From a virus, in the IMG/VR virus record IMGVR_UViG_3300035698_019437, positions 1 to 64,000 of that record: a DNA stretch of 64,000 nucleotides; one strand, written 5' to 3'. The notes beneath the pieces were generated by a model that searched no databases, was not told the origin of the DNA, and saw nothing but the letters and a program-made list of their open reading frames with translations. Positions 55,201 to 64,000 of this stretch are shown here, in pieces (the stretch's first letter is position 1; each line of letters begins with the position of its first letter). The position numbers were made by a program, and so were the translations under genes.

Positions 55201-56136
55201 ATGGCAATATCACCACCATTAGCTAGTCTTGGCTTTGTAGGATATATTGTCTTCGAGAACGCTGCAACATCCGGAGGCAACATAAATGTCAGGTCTACCT
55301 CGTGTGATTTGAAACTCAGCCAAACTATCGACAAACCAGATGTTGTTGACAGTAAATATGACAAAACTGTTTATCAACTTGGTCCGAAGGAAGTTGGAGG
55401 TTCAATCGCATTCCCGGCTGTTCACGAAGATACTGAAGCTTCTATACAAGCTATGTGGAGAAGAGCAGTAGAAAGAGATTCAAACGGAAGACTAAAAGAT
55501 TTTAACGTAGTTGTCAAGTACGCTGATCAAAATTCGTTATTCAGGTACAAAAACTGTATTTGCGATACGTTTGAGTTCAGTGTAACTCAAGGTGATGTTG
55601 TTAATGTAAGTACTGGACTTATTGGTATAAGTAGAGAGACAGTTACTGATAGATTTATTGAATATAACTTCCGTAACTCAAGAATTGTAACTTGGAACGA
55701 TGCTATAGTTGAAATCGGAAACTCAGCAGGATTACTGACTAGTGGTATTCCAAGTTCTCATATACGAGAATTTACTGCAACGTTAGAAAACAACTCAGAT
55801 AGATTCTATACTTTGAACGGCAGATTAGAGCCGCAAGATGTTGCCGCTATGAAGAGAGATATAGATGGTTCTATAGTTGTTATGGGTAGACATCCTAACT
55901 TAGGTGCTTTGGCTCTAGGAAACGAAAATAGATGTACTGAACAAACATACATAGATTTTGGATACACCTTACAAACAGGCGATTGTGTTGGTAGTTGGTT
56001 AATTAGGCTTCCGGGTGTAGTATTCGAAATCGAAGAATTAGCCCTTACTAATGATCTGTTTGAAACTACGATGAACTGGCATGCCCTTACTGGAGCTGTT
56101 TACAGAGAAGGCGAATCAGAGAACTTCGAAATTTAA
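55201..56136 (+). CDS. major tail tube protein
   Basis: Beta-rich; EFTATLENN, KRDIDGSI; precedes chaperones and tape measure. Confidence 0.7.
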   Translation: MAISPPLASLGFVGYIVFENAATSGGNINVRSTSCDLKLSQTIDKPDVVDSKYDKTVYQLGPKEVGGSIAFPAVHEDTEASIQAMWRRAVERDSNGRLKDFNVVVKYADQNSLFRYKNCICDTFEFSVTQGDVVNVSTGLIGISRETVTDRFIEYNFRNSRIVTWNDAIVEIGNSAGLLTSGIPSSHIREFTATLENNSDRFYTLNGRLEPQDVAAMKRDIDGSIVVMGRHPNLGALALGNENRCTEQTYIDFGYTLQTGDCVGSWLIRLPGVVFEIEELALTNDLFETTMNWHALTGAVYREGESENFEI

Positions 56137-56241
56137 TAGACGTATAAAGTCCCTACAGAATATCAATTTTGTTCTAATCCCTGTACTCATCCCATTATCT
56201 TCCGATAATACAGTACAGGAATAATCTATAGGAGTGATAGC

Positions 56242-56685
56242 ATGTCTCTATTTGATACAAGTGAACAACAGATTGAAGTTGTACTGTACTACAAAGAAGT
56301 AAAAACCAAGCATGGGATAAGAAAAATCGTTGTTATTGAAGAAGAAGAAGCAAAAAAGATGGCTAAAGATCATCCTGATGACAAGTCTATTAAGAATATA
56401 ATTACATTCTGGAAAGAACTATCATGGAAAGACGATACCGATCTTGTAAAAGAGGCTACTGTTCGTAATCAAATGACAGGACTTACAGAATTTGATCCGT
56501 TCATGTATAGACAAAATAAGATTAGAAAATGTCTGACAGGTTGGAATATTAAAGATGATAACAATAACAGTATCACGTTTAGCATGGATTTGTTAGATAA
56601 AATGCCAGCAGATGTTGTTTATTCTTTAGTATCCAAGTACGAAGGTATTGTTGGGTTAGAAGAAGAAGAAGAAAAAAAATCATAA
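56242..56685 (+). CDS. tail assembly chaperone (lambda G-like)
   Basis: CLTGWNIKD..LDKMP; ends in slippery A AAA AAA. Confidence 0.75.
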   Translation: MSLFDTSEQQIEVVLYYKEVKTKHGIRKIVVIEEEEAKKMAKDHPDDKSIKNIITFWKELSWKDDTDLVKEATVRNQMTGLTEFDPFMYRQNKIRKCLTGWNIKDDNNNSITFSMDLLDKMPADVVYSLVSKYEGIVGLEEEEEKKS

Positions 56686-56906
56686 TGGCAATGGTTGATC
56701 TGCTGAAAGGCAGGTGGCCTAAAACACAACCATTGCCGGAAGAAATAACAGAGTATTTTTTGGCCGAAAAATTCGGGTGGACATTACATTATATAAGAAA
56801 TGGGATGTCTCCTAGAGATGTACAAGTTACTGTACAGCTATTAAACCTACATCAAAGATTTATAGCAGGTGATTTAGATTCGACTGCTAAAAAGGAGAAG
56901 TCATGA
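56685..56906 (+). CDS. tail chaperone -1 frameshift extension (lambda T-like)
   Basis: -1 frame relative to 56242 ORF; LAEKFGWTL..IR..M. Confidence 0.7.
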   Translation: MAMVDLLKGRWPKTQPLPEEITEYFLAEKFGWTLHYIRNGMSPRDVQVTVQLLNLHQRFIAGDLDSTAKKEKS

Positions 56907-57319
56907 GCGGAATATTTATAGAACCCAATGAAGAAATAGAAATCAACATTTTTGTGGCGATATCGGAAAAGGGAGAAGTATTTTCAGATACAGATTTGAA
57001 ATTAGTAGAAGAAGACTTTGAAGGAAATAAAGAAGATATTGTAACATATACAGTTAAGTTTCGTAAACCAGACTATAAGGCAGAGGTCGAAATATATTCT
57101 GATATACTCAAATCAAACCAAGATGGTGAGAGCAATACAGAGTCTCCTTTGAGTTTAGACTTGGCTGGTGTAACCTATAAGAGATTTGTTACACTTATAA
57201 AAAGTTGGACGTTTAAGGATGATGAAGGTAAGGCTATTCCGCCGACGCAGGAGAATATAGATAAGCTACATCCATCAATTGCAAGAGCTATCACGTCAGA
57301 GTTGGCTGATCATGTTTAA
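56903..57319 (+). CDS. second tail assembly chaperone paralog
   Basis: LIKSWTFKDDEG..NIDKLHP. Confidence 0.7.
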   Translation: MSGIFIEPNEEIEINIFVAISEKGEVFSDTDLKLVEEDFEGNKEDIVTYTVKFRKPDYKAEVEIYSDILKSNQDGESNTESPLSLDLAGVTYKRFVTLIKSWTFKDDEGKAIPPTQENIDKLHPSIARAITSELADHV

Positions 57320-57386
57320 ATAAAAAGGGATATGACGTATAGTTTATTAATGTAATACTAATAATCCCCTGTACTATTCGTGTATT

Positions 57387-60266
57387 ATGGCTAAATCAAA
57401 TCAAGGCATTGTAGGAGAACTCACTAAGCAGTACACGATCTCCGTGGATTTGCAAGGAGGAGATAAGACTGCTCGCCAAACTGCCAAAATAAACAAAAAC
57501 TTCTCCAAGATGGAAAAGTCGGTGAAGCAGCTTAGTAAAGGCTTTAAATCACTTGGTGGAGTAATTAATAAGCTTGGGGCGATTGCTGGTGTTAGTGCTG
57601 GTTTTATCAAAGGTATACAAACGGCGGATAAGCTTAATAAATCTCTCGTTAGATTGTCTAATTCGTATAATAAGTGGGGATTTAACATTAAGCAGGTTCA
57701 AAGTACTATAAATTCCATGGGTAATTCCTTAAAGTTGACTAAGGAAGAAAGCATGGATTTGATGAAGATATATGAAAAAGATTTTCCAATGGCTAGCCTT
57801 AAAGAAGGCGTTGCTATGTTTGTTCACATGAAAAAAGCTGTTGGAGCGAATAAAGAAGCATTGGCTGAGATGGCAGGAGGTATGGCTCAAATAGCTACTG
57901 AATTCCCTGAATTGCAAAAGTTAATGGAGAAGTATGCTAAGGGAGATAAAAAAGCTGGTCAACAATACCGAAGACAATTAAATATGATGACAGCAACTGG
58001 TAAGATATCTAAAGATTTGTTTAGAACAGGCCAAGAGTTTTTGAAAGTTAATAAACAGAATACCGCAGAAGCACAAGCATTACTAGATAAAAAGCAAGCA
58101 GAGATTGATGCAGTTCAGACAATAAAAACTACATTTGAGAAATTAAATCAGACTATAGGAAGTGTGCTTCTTCCATATGTACGACAATTAACTGAATGGA
58201 TAAATAAAAATACCACAAAAATTGAAGGATGGATTAATCTGTTTAAGAAGATTGGCCCCTACATAGTAATGATTGGTGCCGGTATCAAAGCATGGCAAAT
58301 GGGATCAGGTCTTGCAAAAGGCTTAGGTATGCTTACTGGTGGAGGAATTGGGAAGGGTCTTGGAGGCAGCGTAGGAGGTAAAATTGGAGGAGGTATAGGT
58401 GCTGCCGGTGCTGGTCTTGCTGGTGGATATATCGGTGGTAAACTTTCTAAAGGCTTAGCGGCTACAGCAGGTGCAGGTCAAGCGGGTCAAGATTTCTGGG
58501 GCGGCGTGGGTGCGGTTGGTGGTGGAGCAGCAGCAGGTGCTAAAGTCGGCGGCGCTCCCGGCGCTGCAATCGGAGCACTTGCAGCAGGTATTTCTGAAGT
58601 GGGACAAGGTGTTTGGGCTATTCATAAAATCAACTCGCAGACTAAAGACTTAATAGCAAATCAAGATAAGAATATAGCAAATAAACTTGCTACTCTTCCA
58701 GATAGATTTAGTGCAAAAGTTGCGCCTTTGGTAAAAGCACAGTATGAAGCAGGTATGAGGTTAGCAAAAGTAAGAGAAGAAGCTACGAAAGCTTTACAAA
58801 AGAAGAGAGGGGTTAGTCACCAGTTTACAGACGAAGACCTTGCAGCATCTTCATCCGAGTTTTCAATGGCTCAAAGCCAATTCCAGAATGCTAGAAGTGC
58901 CAAAAGACGAGCGCAAGGTTCTGGTAGTATGGGACAACAAGATGCTGCTTCTAAAAGAAGAGCGAAACAACAACAAAGACTTGCTATTGCTCAGAAAGCA
59001 GAAGTTGCTCGAATTGCTCGTATCGCTCAGCTTGATGCTATGCGGTTGAGAAATTATCAAACATTGCAAAAAGTTGTTGCCGCACAAACAGGTTCATTTG
59101 ATGAACAACTTAATTATGTTCAGTCAATAGTGGATGTATGGTCTAGGGCTGGTTTTACAAATGAGGCTGCTGTATTGAATGCTTTAACAGAGGCTCGCGT
59201 TCGTTCTGAAAAAGCGGAAGCTTCTTTAGTGAAGCAAATAAACGAATTGATCGTCCGCAGAAATAAAATGATGGCAGAGGGCACTAAAGACCCTCAAGTA
59301 ATTGCCGAGGCAAATCAAGAGATATCAAAATTATATGCACAACAAGGTCAGATTGTTGCTAAAAGAATGGATATGGAAACTAAAGCTGTTGACATGTATG
59401 AACACAGAAAAACTTTAGCCGGTGCTGAGTTGCAGGTTCAAGAATCTCTTGTTGGTTTGATGGATCAATTTGCTATAGGTATCGGAGCAAGTGCGGAAAT
59501 GAGAATGAAAGCAATTGCTGGCGCACAGAAGCAGGGAGATATAATTGAGAAACAAATTAGTCTTGCCAAAAAGCAGGTAGAGGCCGGTAAGGGCGGCTTA
59601 CCTATGCAGATTAAATTGAAAAACCTTCAAGCTGAAAGATTAGGTTTATTGCAGAAGGAAGCACAGCTTGCCAAGGCTTTGAGAGATGGATGGGTCACGG
59701 CTGTAAAAGCGATGTCTGTTGGTAGCGGAAGAATAACAAAGATCGCCATGACAGCAGATAAAAACCTTGGATTAGCTGTTCAAAACCTTGGAATGGTAAG
59801 AACGTTCTATTCAGGTGCTGTTGGAAGAAAAGGAGAAAAAGAAGTAGGAAGTAGAAAAGGCGAAAGATTTACGGCTTCTGGACCTGGTGGCGGTATAGCA
59901 GGAGTAAGCGGTGGGTTCCAACCTACATATGATACAGATACTGGTGTAGGTGGTATGAACGCAGAAATGGCTATACGAAAAGGCATATCAGGGAAATGGG
60001 CCGGTAAAACAATTACTGCTGCTAGTAAAAGAGCGATGTCTGGTTCTGGTGCTGCTTATGGAGCAGGTACTAAAGCTTTAGCTCCTGCCAGAGCGGCTAT
60101 GAGAGCACGAGGTGGTTTTCAAGCAACTTCTCCTGGCGCTGTTGGAGGTGCTGGTATTAGTGTTAACGTCAATGTTAATGGCTCTATTGCAGAAGTTGCC
60201 AAAAAAGTAGGCGAAAAATCAGCAGCAGCATTCCAAAAATCTATGAAGAGTAGATTAGGCAAATAA
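57387..60266 (+). CDS. tape measure-like protein
   Basis: 959 aa, helical, Ala/Gly/Lys-rich with Gly-zipper segment, after chaperones. Confidence 0.75.
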   Translation: MAKSNQGIVGELTKQYTISVDLQGGDKTARQTAKINKNFSKMEKSVKQLSKGFKSLGGVINKLGAIAGVSAGFIKGIQTADKLNKSLVRLSNSYNKWGFNIKQVQSTINSMGNSLKLTKEESMDLMKIYEKDFPMASLKEGVAMFVHMKKAVGANKEALAEMAGGMAQIATEFPELQKLMEKYAKGDKKAGQQYRRQLNMMTATGKISKDLFRTGQEFLKVNKQNTAEAQALLDKKQAEIDAVQTIKTTFEKLNQTIGSVLLPYVRQLTEWINKNTTKIEGWINLFKKIGPYIVMIGAGIKAWQMGSGLAKGLGMLTGGGIGKGLGGSVGGKIGGGIGAAGAGLAGGYIGGKLSKGLAATAGAGQAGQDFWGGVGAVGGGAAAGAKVGGAPGAAIGALAAGISEVGQGVWAIHKINSQTKDLIANQDKNIANKLATLPDRFSAKVAPLVKAQYEAGMRLAKVREEATKALQKKRGVSHQFTDEDLAASSSEFSMAQSQFQNARSAKRRAQGSGSMGQQDAASKRRAKQQQRLAIAQKAEVARIARIAQLDAMRLRNYQTLQKVVAAQTGSFDEQLNYVQSIVDVWSRAGFTNEAAVLNALTEARVRSEKAEASLVKQINELIVRRNKMMAEGTKDPQVIAEANQEISKLYAQQGQIVAKRMDMETKAVDMYEHRKTLAGAELQVQESLVGLMDQFAIGIGASAEMRMKAIAGAQKQGDIIEKQISLAKKQVEAGKGGLPMQIKLKNLQAERLGLLQKEAQLAKALRDGWVTAVKAMSVGSGRITKIAMTADKNLGLAVQNLGMVRTFYSGAVGRKGEKEVGSRKGERFTASGPGGGIAGVSGGFQPTYDTDTGVGGMNAEMAIRKGISGKWAGKTITAASKRAMSGSGAAYGAGTKALAPARAAMRARGGFQATSPGAVGGAGISVNVNVNGSIAEVAKKVGEKSAAAFQKSMKSRLGK

Positions 60267-60319
60267 CATACCTTCTTTTCTTAGAGTAATTTCCATTATT
60301 CATCCGAATCATATATATA

Positions 60320-63300
60320 ATGGCTGTAAAAATAGACATATTAAATCCTGCTGTACATTCAACAAAACTTTGTTGTTTGTCTGGCAACGGAAACGCATAC
60401 TCTGAAGAAAATCCAGAGATTTGGGGTTTAATTCCTTATCAACTTCAGCCGGTAAAAAGCCTAAGATATGCATTTTCAATAAGTTCTCTTCTAGAACACA
60501 CTAATACAATCCCATATACTGTTAGAGATCAATATCTATCAGACGAATCTAAGTTTTGGCCTCTTGTCAATCAAGGATGTAAAGTTAGATGGGCTTTTGA
60601 TATTAAAGATTCGGACCCTATAAAGGTTTGTGAAGATTGTTTCTTTGTAGAACCAGGATGTGAAGATAAATACAGTGCTGCATTATCAGAGTTAAATGAG
60701 AATCTACAAAGTATAGATGATCTTATTCTATTAGCGGTTGATACCATTGCTGGTTCTAATTTTGAAACTATCTGGACAACAGCAATGGATGAAAGCTCTG
60801 TTATCTTAACAAAAGTTGCTGGGTTTATTTCATCTGCAAAATCAAAAAGAGATACTAATTGCGCAAATGCACTAGTAGACATAAAATCTGCAATAGATAA
60901 GGCTATAGAGGCAGTAGAGGTTCTTTCAAAGTACGTAGTTAGTATTAATGCTAGAGCAGAGCGTTCCCAAGATGATACTCTACCCGCTGAGTTTATAGAT
61001 TTGGCGGATGATTTTGATACCATACAGGTTAATTTGGTTGTTCTTGTTCAATCAATTATTTTAGCTGGAAGACAAGTAGTAGCTTCTGAAGGTATATCCG
61101 GCTGGTTTACATCGTTTTTCAATAATGGATGTTTAGAGCTTTCTTCTGAAAATGAACAACTTTATGAAGCAGAGGTTCCTGCGTGTGCTGTTTTTAATCC
61201 AGTTCCTAACGGAGAAATAAACTATTGTGGAGACCCAGAAGGTTTGCCGGATGACTGTCAGCCTGAATGTTACTATCCGTACGGTTTTTCTACATGGGGA
61301 TTTAGGAATAAGATTGAAGATGTCTTTCCTGTTCATAGTGGAGAAGAAAACGATTGCAATTTTGTCAGAGTTTTAGACAGCAATTGCTTTCCAGAAATTG
61401 CAAGTAGCAGCACTACGAGTAGTACTAGTAGCGTAAGTAGCAGTACTAGTAGCACGGATTGTGTTCCAGGTAAATTTGTTATACAGCTAATTAAAAGAAG
61501 AATCTTAGCTAGTTCTAGTAGTAGCATAAGCAGTGGTAGCAGCAGCAGTAGCCACTCTTCAAGTAGCCATTCTTCAAGTAGCCATAGTAGCTCTAGCCAT
61601 AGTAGCTCTAGCCATAGTAGTAGTAGCCATAGTTCAAGCAGTCATTCTAGTTCTAGCCATAGTTCAAGTAGCCACTCTAGTTCTAGTCATAGTTCTGCAA
61701 GTTCAGGTTGTGATTGTCCTGGCTCGTCGTGTTCAAATTGTGCTGACACAACTCCTGATAAATTCTTATTAGTATTAAGTGGAGTTGATGCTGGTATTTG
61801 TAACTGTATTAATGATACAACAAATGGAGTTAGCGTAGACGTAACGGGTCTTACTATAGATGGAACTTATGTATTACATCAAATAACTCCTTGCTTATGG
61901 CGAGCGGATACTGTAGGAGCATGGTCATTAGACTATGACGACACTGGAATTGGATGTAATGCAGTATCTAAAACTGACTTTGGTTCATTTGATATTAACT
62001 TGCGAAAAACAGATGCTAATACATTTCATTTAGAAGTTTGGGTCTATGGAACATATGGACATAATATTCGCTGTTACGAAGCGACTTGGAGCGATACCGA
62101 CTGCTGTAACGACTATTATAATAAGTCAAATACATTAACTTGTTCCTATAACAGTGCCGTCGGCGGTCGGCTAGATATATCTGACACAGGCGAAGCGGAC
62201 TTATATGTTTGTTTAGAAAGTAGTAGCCATTCAAGTAGTAGCCATAGCAGTGCCTCGTCCGGCGGCGCTCCATTTTTGACAGAATACTCGTTTGAAGATT
62301 TTCTAGAATCAACATACTTTGTTAACGATATATTTGTTAATGACGACCATATTCTTAATCTTGTTAAAACAGAAGATATACAAGATTGCCCGTCAGAAGT
62401 TAAATGTGGTTTAGACGAATGGCTATTAGAACTATTTGTATATTTCGAAATGGATGACAAGTTGGAAGATGGAAGTCGATACAGCTTGTTACTTTTTAGA
62501 GGACAAAGAACATTCCAACCAGAAGAGATTCCAATTACAGGAACGGACGATGGAGGACTAGATATTGATAACATGCTCTTAGAAACATATTGTGGACAAG
62601 AGTACGAATTCGATGGAGAAATAAATAATCTAGGAGAAGTAGAAGAAGAAATTTGTGGATTAAGTTCTGCAAAATGGTCATATAACTTCCTCAACACAAC
62701 GATATTCCAAGCTGGTTTTGGCGGAAGTATAAGAATATATCCAACTATAGAACAAAATGATGGTTTAACTACAGATATTCTTGATGAGTCTCTTAAAGGT
62801 CATGATAGAGATTACAACGGTCTATTTGAATTGAATACTGATAACTACGCTTATATGAGGGCAAATGAATTTAAAATCTATAAAGAATCGTTGGATGACT
62901 ATGTAGAAGCAATCGATCAGAAATGGAGAAACACGGATGAATGCGATAAACCTACTACGCTGTTTACTCCTCCTCTGGTTTCTCATAATACAGTAACAAT
63001 GCATTTATGTGGAGAACAAATTCTATTAAACGAAGAATTCATCGTAGAGAAAGCTGTATATAATCAAGCTGATAATACTACAAGAATATCTTTAAACGGT
63101 ATTATCCCAATATACTGTTATGGCATAACGAAAGAAGAAATCATCGATACCGAAGATGATTTTATGAAGCCATGTCCAGGTAAAGCAAATAATAATATAT
63201 TCGAATGCGTTTATATGGATCAAGAAGTTCAAAAGAACAGCGCAGATTATCCTCTAGATACTTTGGTATACACTAGAGATATTTATAAAAGAAGAGTATC

Positions 63301-64000
63301 AAAATTCCTGTACTACGATGAATTTGGATACGACTTAGATGCAGTAAAACAGCTTCTCAACAATCCAGAAGGGGCCAAAGCGATTGATCCATGTTTGAGA
63401 GACAATTGCAAAGATACTCTGAATACTCATTTTCAGGGTATGAACAACCTCACATCTGATGAAGTTATCGTTCAAGGCGAAATAAAAGCAGGAACATTCT
63501 TATATTATTCTGGGACCGCTGCTCAAGATAGATACCTTAGACAGATAAATATGTTGCACACTAGGATATCTAATGATAGGCCAAGGCTATATAAATATTA
63601 CAACTGGGATGATCTAGATGAATCGATTGATCTATGGGATAAATACAATTGTCTTGATCCCAAGTCTATCGTTGAATCATTTTGCTTCACACTTGTTCCA
63701 TTTACTAAAGAAAGTGGAGAAACTGTAGATGCTTGGAGAATTTCCGAGCTTCTTACGGATGCGCAAAACATTCACAGAAGATTTTTGAAAGTATTCCCAG
63801 AAGATGAGCTTCCGTTTATAATCAAACCACCGGAAGATTTCGATAAAGAAACTGCAAGTTCTACACAGAAAGAACCGTATAGAGAAGCATTCTGTTGGGC
63901 GGCTGATCATAGAGGTATACTAAAGCTATATGTGTGGTTTGATGGATCGTTTGAAGCAGAAATAAAAGTTTCGAAAGCAGAAATCAGAGATCAAGAATGG
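60320..64000 (+). CDS. large acidic Cys-rich tail/baseplate protein (partial, >1227 aa) with HSSSS repeats, not in ORF track
   Basis: ATG 60320 (MAVKIDILNP...); frame reads open to the window end (...AEIRDQEW). Confidence 0.82.
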   Translation, partial: MAVKIDILNPAVHSTKLCCLSGNGNAYSEENPEIWGLIPYQLQPVKSLRYAFSISSLLEHTNTIPYTVRDQYLSDESKFWPLVNQGCKVRWAFDIKDSDPIKVCEDCFFVEPGCEDKYSAALSELNENLQSIDDLILLAVDTIAGSNFETIWTTAMDESSVILTKVAGFISSAKSKRDTNCANALVDIKSAIDKAIEAVEVLSKYVVSINARAERSQDDTLPAEFIDLADDFDTIQVNLVVLVQSIILAGRQVVASEGISGWFTSFFNNGCLELSSENEQLYEAEVPACAVFNPVPNGEINYCGDPEGLPDDCQPECYYPYGFSTWGFRNKIEDVFPVHSGEENDCNFVRVLDSNCFPEIASSSTTSSTSSVSSSTSSTDCVPGKFVIQLIKRRILASSSSSISSGSSSSSHSSSSHSSSSHSSSSHSSSSHSSSSHSSSSHSSSSHSSSSHSSSSHSSASSGCDCPGSSCSNCADTTPDKFLLVLSGVDAGICNCINDTTNGVSVDVTGLTIDGTYVLHQITPCLWRADTVGAWSLDYDDTGIGCNAVSKTDFGSFDINLRKTDANTFHLEVWVYGTYGHNIRCYEATWSDTDCCNDYYNKSNTLTCSYNSAVGGRLDISDTGEADLYVCLESSSHSSSSHSSASSGGAPFLTEYSFEDFLESTYFVNDIFVNDDHILNLVKTEDIQDCPSEVKCGLDEWLLELFVYFEMDDKLEDGSRYSLLLFRGQRTFQPEEIPITGTDDGGLDIDNMLLETYCGQEYEFDGEINNLGEVEEEICGLSSAKWSYNFLNTTIFQAGFGGSIRIYPTIEQNDGLTTDILDESLKGHDRDYNGLFELNTDNYAYMRANEFKIYKESLDDYVEAIDQKWRNTDECDKPTTLFTPPLVSHNTVTMHLCGEQILLNEEFIVEKAVYNQADNTTRISLNGIIPIYCYGITKEEIIDTEDDFMKPCPGKANNNIFECVYMDQEVQKNSADYPLDTLVYTRDIYKRRVSKFLYYDEFGYDLDAVKQLLNNPEGAKAIDPCLRDNCKDTLNTHFQGMNNLTSDEVIVQGEIKAGTFLYYSGTAAQDRYLRQINMLHTRISNDRPRLYKYYNWDDLDESIDLWDKYNCLDPKSIVESFCFTLVPFTKESGETVDAWRISELLTDAQNIHRRFLKVFPEDELPFIIKPPEDFDKETASSTQKEPYREAFCWAADHRGILKLYVWFDGSFEAEIKVSKAEIRDQEW

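Overview
AT-rich segment of a large (jumbo/huge) tailed phage genome, almost all on the + strand. Positions 1-11.2 kb hold a tRNA region (10 tRNA genes, several atypical) interleaved with homing endonucleases and small ORFs. Positions 11.2-31 kb carry glycosyltransferases, a degenerate subtilisin and a receptor-binding/virion module that includes a LamG protein with a ~495-aa His-Ser repeat. Positions 32-45 kb are accessory arrays, and 46-64 kb encode an actin-like ATPase plus neck and tail genes. The strongest unexplained signal is a shared C-terminal octapeptide, [F/L]-x-W-x-x-[M/I]-x-x-COOH with Trp always 6th from the end, on 28 small ORFs of several unrelated folds in two clusters. A separate gene set carries an N-terminal MNWY(K)x(A/S)Q tag on different enzyme cargoes (GNAT-like, HExxH, 2H phosphoesterase). 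Other notable items are a tRNA-Arg(UCU) whose anticodon is locked in a 38-nt hairpin insertion, Lys and Arg tRNAs with long variable arms, and hairpins masking the translation start of all six endonuclease genes. All calls were made by eye from motifs; no searches were run.
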